NCBI GenBank assembly: GCA_963744145.1
Contig: CAVUSO010000001.1
Location: forward strand, 3,392,001-3,456,000
Reading direction: 5' to 3'
DNA: 64,000 bases
From: an uncultured cyanobacterium
GTDB lineage: Bacteria > Cyanobacteriota > Cyanobacteriia > Cyanobacteriales > CAWUOF01
Notes under the pieces: model-generated
What the model was told of the DNA's origin: nothing
What the model saw: the letters and a program-made list of their open reading frames with translations, nothing else
The model's database searches: none
Shown: piece by piece, positions 49,553-58,493 of the stretch
How the letters are laid out: each line of letters opens with the position of its first letter
How positions within the stretch are numbered: the first letter of the stretch is position 1
Made by a program: the position numbers and the translations under genes

Positions 49553-49826
49553 ATTGAACCTTGACAATTTAATAGTCTTAGTTTCCTTACTGGCTGATGG
49601 CCAAATACTAGAGATGTTACCCGATCGACACACTTTTAGCTCCGATTGAAAATGCTGATTTTATCGGCTTTCTGCGGTTTTACTGCGTCGGTTGCTTATT
49701 GTGCAAGGGTTTTAAGGTTTTGCGATCGGGCTTATTGTTCAAAAATGCCTCTTATTGACAAAGGAAAAATACCTACGTCGATTTGAAGGCTGAAACCCTT
49801 TCGCTGTAAGGCTCCCTGAACGAACT
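49553..49826 (+). promoter_or_regulatory. CRISPR leader
   Basis: Non-coding region directly before the first intact repeat; the degenerate repeat is at the opposite end; contains gaaccttgacaa and cgtcgatttg...ctgaaaccc...gtaagg motifs resembling cyanobacterial leaders. Confidence 0.7.
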
Positions 49827-51483
49827 CTCTGGTTAAACAATTCCCCGCGAGGGGACGGAAACCATTAATTGCTATACACCTTTGTTAGAAGTGTCGCCTC
49901 TGGTTAAACAATTCCCCGCGAGGGGACGGAAACTTTGTACTTCCGGTCCCCGGTCTTGTGGAGACCGGAAAACTCTGGTTAAACAATTCCCCGCGAGGGG
50001 ACGGAAACGACGCTGTGCGCGCCAGACCGCTGGTCTTGGTCGCAGCTCTGGTTAAACAATTCCCCGCGAGGGGACGGAAACCTTTTTGGGCAGGATAGGC
50101 CGACCGTCTGGCCCCAACTCTGGTTAAACAATTCCCCGCGAGGGGACGGAAACTCCAAAACTTCCTGCTGCCGCTCGGGGGGAGCAGAAAAGACTCTGGT
50201 TAAACAATTCCCCGCGAGGGGACGGAAACTGCGCGTTCGCCTTGTCGCCGATACCAACAGCAACACCTCTGGTTAAACAATTCCCCGCGAGGGGACGGAA
50301 ACAGGCGGTGCCTGCATAAGCAACGGAATAAACATTCTCTGGTTAAACAATTCCCCGCGAGGGGACGGAAACCCCGCCCAACCGCTTGCGCGTCGCCAGC
50401 GCGGAACGTGCCTCTGGTTAAACAATTCCCCGCGAGGGGACGGAAACTCCTGAGGTGTTGGTGGATTGAGTCGCAGCAGTCACAATGCTCTGGTTAAACA
50501 ATTCCCCGCGAGGGGACGGAAACATATATTATTTCGACCCACGGCCCCAGCGTCCGCAGCGCGGACGTGGACTCCTCTGGTTAAACAATTCCCCGCGAGG
50601 GGACGGAAACTCAGTGCATTCGGTCTCTGCAACTTGCACCACATGCGCCGGCTCTGGTTAAACAATTCCCCGCGAGGGGACGGAAACAACATCTTTTTTC
50701 CAATAAACGACTAAATCAAAACTCTGGTTAAACAATTCCCCGCGAGGGGACGGAAACCATTAACCACCACCACTGGTGTAACAGGTGTGGTAACAGCTCT
50801 GGTTAAACAATTCCCCGCGAGGGGACGGAAACTAGCTTGTTACGTTAGCCATGTTTACCTCTTTTGTACAACTCTGGTTAAACAATTCCCCGCGAGGGGA
50901 CGGAAACGCTAGGAAACAAGAAAGCTAAAGGAGAAACAAGCCCAACTCTGGTTAAACAATTCCCCGCGAGGGGACGGAAACATGAGCACCCATGCGATCG
51001 CAATCCAATGTCTCCGCTCTGGTTAAACAATTCCCCGCGAGGGGACGGAAACTTTGCATCGCCAACAATACCAACAATACCAACACTCTGGTTAAACAAT
51101 TCCCCGCGAGGGGACGGAAACCATTTCATGGACGGCTGCCAAATCGGGATTGGGCAGAGCTCTGGTTAAACAATTCCCCGCGAGGGGACGGAAACCCTTT
51201 TCCGTAGTCAGGGCCGTATGTTACGGTCCCCTCTGGTTAAACAATTCCCCACGAGGGGACGGAAACTACTCGCGACGCAGGGAAGCCGTCCCGCAGCCTC
51301 CTCCCTCTGGTTAAACAATTCCCCGCGAGGGGACGGAAACCTCCGACACGGTCAAGTTGCCCTTACAGAATGGAGCCTCTGGTTAAACAATTCCCCGCGA
51401 GGGGACGGAAACTCTTACCAACCCACAAGTTGATTAAGTTGATTCATATTCCGTTTAATTAATTCCCCGCGAGGGGACGAAAT
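49827..51483 (+). CRISPR. CRISPR array: 22 full-length 36-bp repeats CTCTGGTTAAACAATTCCCCGCGAGGGGACGGAAAC plus 1 degenerate terminal repeat; 22 spacers of 33-51 nt
   Basis: Repeats counted from 49827 to 51412 (one variant at 51231); degenerate copy ~51449-51483; TCCCC-GCGA-GGGGA stem and 3' GAAAC typical of Cas6-processed type III repeats. Confidence 0.98.
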
Positions 51484-51696
51484 AGCTAATAAAGTTTCAG
51501 GATTAGCGATCGCCACCAGCAGCAAAAATATCGCCACCAGCAGCCAGAGCGATCGCGCCTAATCAGACATTTAACTTGCAAGATGCGAGGGATCTGATCG
51601 CACTCCCAAGAAGAAAATATCTAGGAGAATGCGATCGCACTTCTAAAACTCAAAAGCAGCAGAAATAAAATTAACTTCTCTAGCTTAACGGAAACT

Positions 51697-51910
51697 TTAG
51701 TTTGAGCTTTGTTCCTTGTCTGGTGCCATTAACTCTTTCTGAGCAGCTTCAGCAATAACCCGTTTCAACCATTGATTTCGATTGGGGAGTGCGGCCACTA
51801 CCTGATAAAGTGATACAGGCAACTTAATTCCAATGACGCGCCGATCTAACGGTTCGTCACCTTCAGGACACCCATTGACCTGATATCTTATCCCGTGGTT
51901 TCCCTGCCAT
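51697..51910 (-). CDS. Small ribbon-helix-helix/CopG-like protein, apparent frameshift near 51866 (not in the ORF track)
   Basis: MAGKPRDKISGQWVS / EGDEPLDRRVIGIKLPVSLYQVVAALPNRNQWLKRVIAEAAQKEL...; beta-strand plus two-helix pattern; 214 nt = 71 codons + 1. Confidence 0.5.
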
Positions 51911-51940
51911 TTTTTTTACTTCTAAGGTTTTCCCGATTAT

Positions 51941-52063
51941 ATCATACTAATCCCTAGTTAACCAAGTATAAGTAAAATAATAACTTTGTTAACCAAGTAT
52001 TAATTATTATCAACTAAAATAATAGCTGAAAGTATTGCTAATTCTTGGTTAACTAGGTATGAT
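51941..52063. promoter_or_regulatory. Divergent promoter with three operator-like GTTAACCAAG boxes
   Basis: cctagttaaccaag (51953-51966) and its exact reverse complement (52044-52057), third copy gttaaccaagtat (51988-52000); TATGAT -10-like hexamers on opposite strands at 51941-51946 and 52058-52063. Confidence 0.65.
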
Positions 52064-52086
52064 GTAAATATGTACAATCCAAGGAG

Positions 52087-52275
52087 GTGATAAAAATAAC
52101 CCAATCAAAAGATGGCAACGGGAACGGTAAAAAAGAATATGACCCTGAAGTTGTATTCCGCTATTTAGACTCTGATGTTTATATCAAGGAAAATAGCGAT
52201 GGAACCGAGGAAGTTGTCTACGAGGAAGAACTCGTAGATTCATTAGGAGGATCAGAGAAAAGCCCCGAAAATTAG
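52087..52275 (+). CDS. Small acidic hypothetical protein
   Basis: 62-aa ORF with a strong AAGGAGG at 52081-52087 and a -10-like box upstream; start codon ambiguous. Confidence 0.4.
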   Translation: MIKITQSKDGNGNGKKEYDPEVVFRYLDSDVYIKENSDGTEEVVYEEELVDSLGGSEKSPEN

Positions 52276-52379
52276 AATCGAACGTTGAAACAAATTTCCG
52301 CCCTTACAGCGGATGACCTGTTGATAAAGTACAGTAAGATTTGGCATGAATGGCGATCAGTTAAAGTCACTTGTGAGTG

Positions 52380-52645
52380 ATCTGTGTTGGTTGGGCAGGT
52401 TTATGATAGTTATCTGTTTGGAGCAGAATTGATTGGTGAACCTGCCCCTACAAATCCTGGTTGATTGTGATCATAAATTCATTCACCTGCCCCTACAAAT
52501 CCTGTTAATCTTGTCATCCTCTAATCCTGATCGATTTTTCGGTGAATCCCTGTAGGGGCGGGTTCACCGTTGAATTTGCCACACACAAATAACCCTTGTG
52601 CCGAGCGCAGTCGAGGTATTAATGAACCCGCCCTGCCCCACAGAT
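52380..52645. repeat. Cluster of REP-like GGGC(A/G)GGTT...AACC(T/C)GCCC palindromes
   Basis: Same family as 5231-5533 and 13097-13316. Confidence 0.7.
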
Positions 52646-52734
52646 CACCTTGATGAACTTCATAAACCTGGAATAGGCTGTAGTTGTAAGCTAGGGGTCT
52701 TCTTGGATGGTATCACTTCTACTTAGAAAAATAT

Positions 52735-53064
52735 ATGGAACCTACAATTATTCACCCTCTTTACTTTCAGATTGTTGAGAAAAAAGGTAATGCTTGGCAT
52801 TTTAAATATGGTGACGTTTTTTATAATCGTACTGGCAAGATAGTTCCTGAAAAGAGTCGAGAAACTTTATTTGGAACGACAAAACATAATTTAATGGTTG
52901 AATTTTTTCGGATTAATTGTGGTAGAGACGGTTTTTATTTAGCCAACCTGCGAGATCAGAAATATTATTACTGTGGACTAGAGAGAGATGATCTCAGAGC
53001 TAAGTTTAAAGAGTTGGGCATAGGTCGGGAAGACCCTGTTGATTATTCTAGTTTACCCGATTAG
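52735..53064 (+). CDS. Hypothetical protein convergent with cas6
   Basis: 109-aa ATG-started ORF with globular-protein-like composition; no motif recognised. Confidence 0.6.
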   Translation: MEPTIIHPLYFQIVEKKGNAWHFKYGDVFYNRTGKIVPEKSRETLFGTTKHNLMVEFFRINCGRDGFYLANLRDQKYYYCGLERDDLRAKFKELGIGREDPVDYSSLPD

Positions 53065-53094
53065 TTGAGGTGGCGATCGCTCTCAAATAAATAT

Positions 53095-54270
53095 TTAATT
53101 TGCAAGATTGTTCACACCAAATTCAAGCTGTGCAACCGGGACGGTAGAATTGGTTTTTAGCGATCGCCTGGCTAATTTAGCATAAGTTTTTACCGTTTCA
53201 TAGGGTATTTCTAAGTCAATGGCGATCGCTTGTAAAGACTCTCCTAACTCTCGTCTTGCTGTGATCGTTGCCCAAATTTCGGCAATCTCACTAGCGCGAT
53301 TTCCCCCCGTTCGTTTTCTCTGTGCTATAAACATTTCAGTTAAATAAGCAATTCTGGTTGCTAAAATATCCTGTAAATTTGAAGAGGTCGAAACAGGTTC
53401 TTCATTTAACCATCCCAAACGAGTTTGTCCTAATCCAAAAGTGGTTTTATGTCCTGTACCGCAATAGGGAGCAAAATTCACCAAAGCATAGAAAAGCTGG
53501 ACAAATTCTACTTGTTTAAAAGCTGCACGAGTTAAGTTTAATTCGATCGCACCTGTAAATCCTGTCACCATTCCGACTTTTCCTGCTGCAACCTTCACCG
53601 ACTCTAAGCGATAACGAGAAATTAATACTTCTTCCTCTACCCATGTTAAAAATTTTTCTTGGTCAAAGGGAATACCAGAAAAATCATTCCAGCGTCGCAA
53701 ATAACTGTGAAAAACATTATTGGGTACAGGTAAGGGAAAATGATGTTTTTTGCGACGAAAGCTAGTCGGGGTTTGAAAACTGAGTTGAACAGAAATACGC
53801 TGAGGGAGTTGAGCTGTAAATAAATGATTATAGGTGATAGGTCTCAACGCAATTTGACAGGAGCGAATTAGTAAAGGTGCATTCCGCAAGTCTATTTGTG
53901 AGGGTAAATTTTTTACCCATTGGGTTAACCATTGTACTAATCGTAAAGAAAAAGCAGTAACATACCAGCGATAAATGCAATTAGGTTGCAGTTGAAAATC
54001 TTTTCCAGATGAAAGCAAATCCCCTTCTAAACTGGAGATAGTAAAAGGTTTTTCCGATTGACTGTCGTGCAAATAAGCAGATAATTCTGGGTCGGAAGAA
54101 CGTACTTGAGCTAAAAACCAAGCGTGCAAACCAATTGTGTACTGAGCATAAAGATAGTCAGGTCCGCAAGGTGATAGTTCAAAAACTAACCCAATGATCT
54201 CAGTGTCAGGAGACCAGGTAAGTTCAGATGGAGCAGAAGGTTGATTTTTGGAGGAGCTAGTTATAGCCAT
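53095..54270 (-). CDS. cas6: CRISPR precrRNA processing endoribonuclease Cas6 with C-terminal HTH-like extension
   Basis: GLHAWFL, KPFTIS, FQTPTSF, G-loop GTGHKTTFGLGQ; tail LQAIAIDLEIPYETVKTY. Confidence 0.93.
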   Translation of the reverse strand: MAITSSSKNQPSAPSELTWSPDTEIIGLVFELSPCGPDYLYAQYTIGLHAWFLAQVRSSDPELSAYLHDSQSEKPFTISSLEGDLLSSGKDFQLQPNCIYRWYVTAFSLRLVQWLTQWVKNLPSQIDLRNAPLLIRSCQIALRPITYNHLFTAQLPQRISVQLSFQTPTSFRRKKHHFPLPVPNNVFHSYLRRWNDFSGIPFDQEKFLTWVEEEVLISRYRLESVKVAAGKVGMVTGFTGAIELNLTRAAFKQVEFVQLFYALVNFAPYCGTGHKTTFGLGQTRLGWLNEEPVSTSSNLQDILATRIAYLTEMFIAQRKRTGGNRASEIAEIWATITARRELGESLQAIAIDLEIPYETVKTYAKLARRSLKTNSTVPVAQLEFGVNNLAN

Positions 54271-54350
54271 AGCCCTAATTAGGTAAAATTAATGGCTATT
54301 ATAACCCATTTCCATCCCCTAATGGGAATTTATTCGCGACAATAATTCTT

Positions 54351-55145
54351 TTAAACAATAGATCGCACAATCCCACCTTCAACTCGTAGTGCAGCCCCAT
54401 TGATAGCAGATGCTAAAGGACTGACCACAAATGCAACTAAATCTGCAACTTCAGATGTTGATGCAAATCGCTGAATTAGTGAAGAGGGACGGGTTTTTTC
54501 AAAAAACTCTTTTTCAATTTGTTGGACTGAAATATTCTGCTCCTTAGCTAATCCTTGGATAAAGTCTTCTACTCCTTCAGAACGGGTCGGACCAGGTAAG
54601 ACTGAATTAACTGTAACATTGGTTCTGATTGTGGTTTCAGCTAAACCACGAGCGAGGGATAATTGAGCTGTTTTTGTCACACCATAATGAATCATTTCCG
54701 ATGGAATATTTAATGCTGATTCACTAGAAATAAAGACGATGCGTCCCCAATTTTTTCTCAACATCAGTGGTAAATAGTGACGAGAGAGTCTGACACCGCT
54801 CAGAACATTAACTTCCCAGAAATTTATCCATTCTTCATCTGAAATATCTGTAAAAGCTTTGGTCCCATAAATACCCAGGTTGTTCACTAAAATGTCAACC
54901 TCTGGAAGCTGTTGGAATAGTTCCTTAGCTCCCGTTTGAGTACCTAAATCAGCAGCTATTCCTTGCAGTTGAGCAGTTGGGACAGTTTGTTTGATCTGGT
55001 CAATTGCTGTATTGACTCGTGCTTGAGTACGTCCATTGACGATCACATTTGCTCCTTCTTGAGCAAGAGTTGTGGCGATCGCTAACCCAATTCCTGCTGT
55101 TGAACCGCTTACTAGTGCTACTTTGTTGGTCAGTTGAAGATCCAT
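54351..55145 (-). CDS. Short-chain dehydrogenase/reductase
   Basis: SGSTAGIG, LVNNLG, YGVTK (YxxxK), VNSVLPG. Confidence 0.93.
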   Translation of the reverse strand: MDLQLTNKVALVSGSTAGIGLAIATTLAQEGANVIVNGRTQARVNTAIDQIKQTVPTAQLQGIAADLGTQTGAKELFQQLPEVDILVNNLGIYGTKAFTDISDEEWINFWEVNVLSGVRLSRHYLPLMLRKNWGRIVFISSESALNIPSEMIHYGVTKTAQLSLARGLAETTIRTNVTVNSVLPGPTRSEGVEDFIQGLAKEQNISVQQIEKEFFEKTRPSSLIQRFASTSEVADLVAFVVSPLASAINGAALRVEGGIVRSIV

Positions 55146-55197
55146 ACTCTACCTCAAAACAGACAATTAGATCACTTAATCTTAGCAGTTATTGAGT

Positions 55198-55839
55198 TTA
55201 AGTTTGACACTGAATTTTTTTAATACTGCCATCTTCTTTGAGTTCCGTTACCTTGACTTTAACTATCTGTTCCACGGATAAATCTTTGGATTTTTTTGGC
55301 TCTTTCTGAGTTAGCTTAATCGTTTCCAGCATGGTATAGGTGACTTTATTTCCTTGAATATTGGTCACTTTTGCATCTAGGATTTGTTCTAACTGAAATT
55401 GCTGAGTCTGAACAACCTCATTAATTTCTGACTGACGTGCTGAGATGGGTGGAGTAGATGATGCAATATTTGATTCTGTCATCCCACCGACAGCACCACC
55501 TGATTTATAATAACGCATCATCCTTACTACCCAACCCAAAATTTGCAGCATAGTAGGTACGTCATTCTGATAGATTTGCAAGTGTTGCTTGCAAGCTTTT
55601 TCTATACTTTGATAATATTCAAAAGTCCTGCTACTATGCCCAATAGATTTACCATATTTTACCAAATTTTTTAGATAATCAAAAAATTTTGTTCCTGCCT
55701 TTTCTTGATGACCATAACTTCGCAGATAACCCAGAATTTTTCCTAATTCGTTAGCATCTGTACCCTCATTAGCTAACATCTGAGCCATCGCATAAATAGT
55801 TTGCCACTGCTTTTCGTTGAGAGATTCTGTTGTTTGCAT
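55198..55839 (-). CDS. Type III-associated protein: helical (Cas11-like?) N-domain plus S1/OB-like C-domain
   Basis: Abuts the last RAMP gene; helical N-part ending LGWVVRMMRYY, linker, then beta-rich AKVTNIQGNKVTY...VKVKV. Confidence 0.55.
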   Translation of the reverse strand: MQTTESLNEKQWQTIYAMAQMLANEGTDANELGKILGYLRSYGHQEKAGTKFFDYLKNLVKYGKSIGHSSRTFEYYQSIEKACKQHLQIYQNDVPTMLQILGWVVRMMRYYKSGGAVGGMTESNIASSTPPISARQSEINEVVQTQQFQLEQILDAKVTNIQGNKVTYTMLETIKLTQKEPKKSKDLSVEQIVKVKVTELKEDGSIKKIQCQT

Positions 55840-56898
55840 TTAGTACATTCCTTCTGGAGGTTCTCGATCAGTTGGCCATTTTAGCACTTCTTTTAATTCT
55901 TCCATTTGTAGCGATCGCACCAGTTGACGATGTGCCGATTGAATTGATTCTTGCATAAATTGTTGTAATTTAATATCAGTCAGAGCATCAAGTTCGGATT
56001 GGTAAGAAGTATAGCGATCGCGCCAACTGACTGGCTGTTGAATTTCCTTTATTTCTACTTCTACAGTTCCCATTCCAATCGGTTTACCACCTCCTATCTT
56101 TAAAGCGATCGAATTATTTGGTTTATCTTGTCCTAGCGCAATTAATAGAGTTCCCAACTCAGCTTTAGTTAAATTCATAAAACGGATCTGAGTGGTAAAA
56201 ATAAATTCTCTACCTGCTTGCTGGACTGCAATTCCTTTCTGTTGCCCTTTGTCAACTGAGCGAATCGTATGATAATAAAATTTCCGTCCAGCGACTTTGC
56301 CATTTATATAGTAACCAGGACGTTGCTTTTCCGGCATATACAAAGAAGGAATAAACCCCACATTTGATTTAGCCTCAGTTGCAACAGCATCAGCAAAATG
56401 AATCAATCCTTGCCAATTCATTGCCCCAAATACTTGACAAGCAGGACAGAGTTTATTTTGATCTTTACATTCATTATATCCAGCAGGGATGCTATTTCTA
56501 TCCGCCTTAGTTTTACACAAGCAACTTTGGGTGATTGCTTCGTAAATTGAACGCACTACTCCTTTTAAAGAACTACCAGGAATAATTAGCTTTTGGTTTT
56601 GCTGAACAGAGGTTTTAATCAAAGGTATATTTCTTTTTTCGCTAGATAAATCGCTACCCATTGCTACTGTTCCAGACCCAATAAAAGCAGTAGTTTTAAC
56701 CTTTAAATTTAGATTAATTTTGCCACTGTAGCGATCGCTCTTAAACTTCTCCTGTCCCGCTGGTTTATCTCGATTTGGTGCAGTTTGAGGTAAGGAAATC
56801 AACTTATAGGGTTTATCCACAGAATCCTGCTCGACTGAAACTATTTGATTCGGTCGTTTTGGTGATTCAACTCGTCGAGGTGGTAGAGGTGTAGTCAT
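55840..56898 (-). CDS. cas7: RAMP Cas7 (Csm3-group) with insertion, type III-D
   Basis: IPGSSLKGVVRS, CPACQVFG, GRKFYYH, G-loop IGGGKPIGMG. Confidence 0.88.
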   Translation of the reverse strand: MTTPLPPRRVESPKRPNQIVSVEQDSVDKPYKLISLPQTAPNRDKPAGQEKFKSDRYSGKINLNLKVKTTAFIGSGTVAMGSDLSSEKRNIPLIKTSVQQNQKLIIPGSSLKGVVRSIYEAITQSCLCKTKADRNSIPAGYNECKDQNKLCPACQVFGAMNWQGLIHFADAVATEAKSNVGFIPSLYMPEKQRPGYYINGKVAGRKFYYHTIRSVDKGQQKGIAVQQAGREFIFTTQIRFMNLTKAELGTLLIALGQDKPNNSIALKIGGGKPIGMGTVEVEIKEIQQPVSWRDRYTSYQSELDALTDIKLQQFMQESIQSAHRQLVRSLQMEELKEVLKWPTDREPPEGMY

Positions 56899-57326
56899 GG
56901 TTGTATAGTAAGCGCGATAAAATGGGTAGTTGCAGTCTGTTCATCAATAAAGTATCTTTGACCGATTTTAACATCTTGATAAGAAAATTCTTGAGGAAAT
57001 CTGGTTTCATTAGAACGATACAAATGAGCTGAACGATCAATAGTTGTCCAACTACTACCAAGTTGTGCAAATCCCCATTCAGATTCAGGGTTAATTGTGC
57101 TAAGAAGTAAAACATCATAGCCAGATTTTCTTTGTTTCCAGCGTAGCTCAAATTGGTAATTAAACATCTGTCCTTCCGGACTAGGAAACTCAGTTATTTG
57201 ATGAACAATACCGCTAACTTTGTGAGGCCATCGGAGAAAATAATAACTGGATTGAGATCCTGTTTCTAGTAACTGTTTAAGTTCATCTGATGAAGAAACT
57301 TGTCTTACTCCAACAAAAGGATTCAT
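56895..57326 (-). CDS. csx19: Csx19-like type III-D subunit
   Basis: Small beta-rich protein (EGQMF...ELRW...YF) between RAMP genes with ATGA overlaps on both sides. Confidence 0.6.
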   Translation of the reverse strand: MNPFVGVRQVSSSDELKQLLETGSQSSYYFLRWPHKVSGIVHQITEFPSPEGQMFNYQFELRWKQRKSGYDVLLLSTINPESEWGFAQLGSSWTTIDRSAHLYRSNETRFPQEFSYQDVKIGQRYFIDEQTATTHFIALTIQP

Positions 57327-58276
57327 GCTACCTTTTCCTCCAATTTTTTGCGCCAAGCTGCCACTGCTCGCATAAACAAATCTTTTACCCGTTCAGTTCC
57401 TTGCCAAGATAATCGTACCCCAAAACCCAAATCCATTAATTCACCACCAACAGGTGTTTCTTCGATATCATTAGCAGGAAAACCATATTTTTTACGTTCA
57501 TCTTCTTCTAGAAAAGCTCCCGCACCTATTAACATAGTATGAGACCATTTTTTTTCACTTCCTAGTTGACAAATTTGCTGATTTTCCAGAATGCAACCTG
57601 GATATTGAACAACCCCTGAGTTTAATTTTATTTCCACTAAACCCATCCCGCGAGACTTGGCAAAACCTAAACTAAACCAACCATCATTTAAGTCTCGCAA
57701 CACTAACCCAATCAGTCCTAATTGAGCCAGGGAGAAGTTTTTTAGATGGATTTTGGTGTTAAATTCGCCAGCGGTACAAACTTGATAGTTAAATGGTCCT
57801 ACTGCTACCGAACCAAATACTCGGTCAATTGCTACACCGTTCCGTTCTTCTATTTTAAGTTGCTTTGAGTCAACCGGATAAGCATCTTGAATTCTCACTC
57901 GACTAGCAATTGAGGTATTACCAAACATTTGGTCAGTAAAAGAAGAAAGTCGGTAGATGTCAGAAGAATCAGCGATCGCATCCAGGTATTTATAATCATC
58001 TAGATTGAGAGGATTACTAGCCCAAACAACATCAGGGTTAGTGGGACGCTTGTCTTTACCTACAGTTCTCACAATTCTCTCAGCATGAGCGCGAATGGCA
58101 CCTTTAAGAGAACTACCAGGTAAATAAATTGAGCGTCCTCCTGCATGGTATGTTTCGACAAATTCCATATCTGGTTTAGTAGGATCAGCTCCTTCTTTGC
58201 CAGATTTAATTAAAATCGGGCCGCAAGGTATGATGCTTAAGTCGATCGTACAGTGATTAACAAATCTTTTGTGCAT
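57323..58276 (-). CDS. cas7: RAMP Cas7 (Csm3-group)
   Basis: LPGSSLKGAIRAHAE, RNGVAIDRVFG, G-loop LGFAKSRGMG. Confidence 0.88.
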   Translation of the reverse strand: MHKRFVNHCTIDLSIIPCGPILIKSGKEGADPTKPDMEFVETYHAGGRSIYLPGSSLKGAIRAHAERIVRTVGKDKRPTNPDVVWASNPLNLDDYKYLDAIADSSDIYRLSSFTDQMFGNTSIASRVRIQDAYPVDSKQLKIEERNGVAIDRVFGSVAVGPFNYQVCTAGEFNTKIHLKNFSLAQLGLIGLVLRDLNDGWFSLGFAKSRGMGLVEIKLNSGVVQYPGCILENQQICQLGSEKKWSHTMLIGAGAFLEEDERKKYGFPANDIEETPVGGELMDLGFGVRLSWQGTERVKDLFMRAVAAWRKKLEEKVA

Positions 58277-58347
58277 ATAGCGAGTCTCGGATTGTTCGTG
58301 AACAGGTTTTTTTGAACGAACTACAGAGGTGCAGAAGTTGAGTTAAG

Positions 58348-58462
58348 TGTAGGGGTGAAGCATTCGGGCGACAATTGAGCGATAAAACCAGTAATATTAT
58401 ATCCGAATGCTTCACCCTTCTTCGGCCCAGATCCCCAAAAACATTCTTAACTGAACCGTATT
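58348..58462. repeat. REP-like palindrome inside the cas operon
   Basis: gggtgaagcattcgg...ccgaatgcttcaccc inverted repeat followed by cttaactgaaccgtattg. Confidence 0.65.
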
Positions 58463-58493
58463 GTTTTATATCTCAGTTAGATTTGCTATAGCT

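Noticed and set aside
50524..50574. Hammerhead ribozyme core in the reverse complement of spacer 10 (gagtcc...cgaaa)
   Set aside because: The CUGAUGA core is absent and stem II geometry does not fit
49979..51433. Short ORFs overlapping the CRISPR array
   Set aside because: They are translations of repeat-spacer units
49863..51448. Self-targeting spacers within this window
   Set aside because: No match found by eye; a computational search is needed to exclude it
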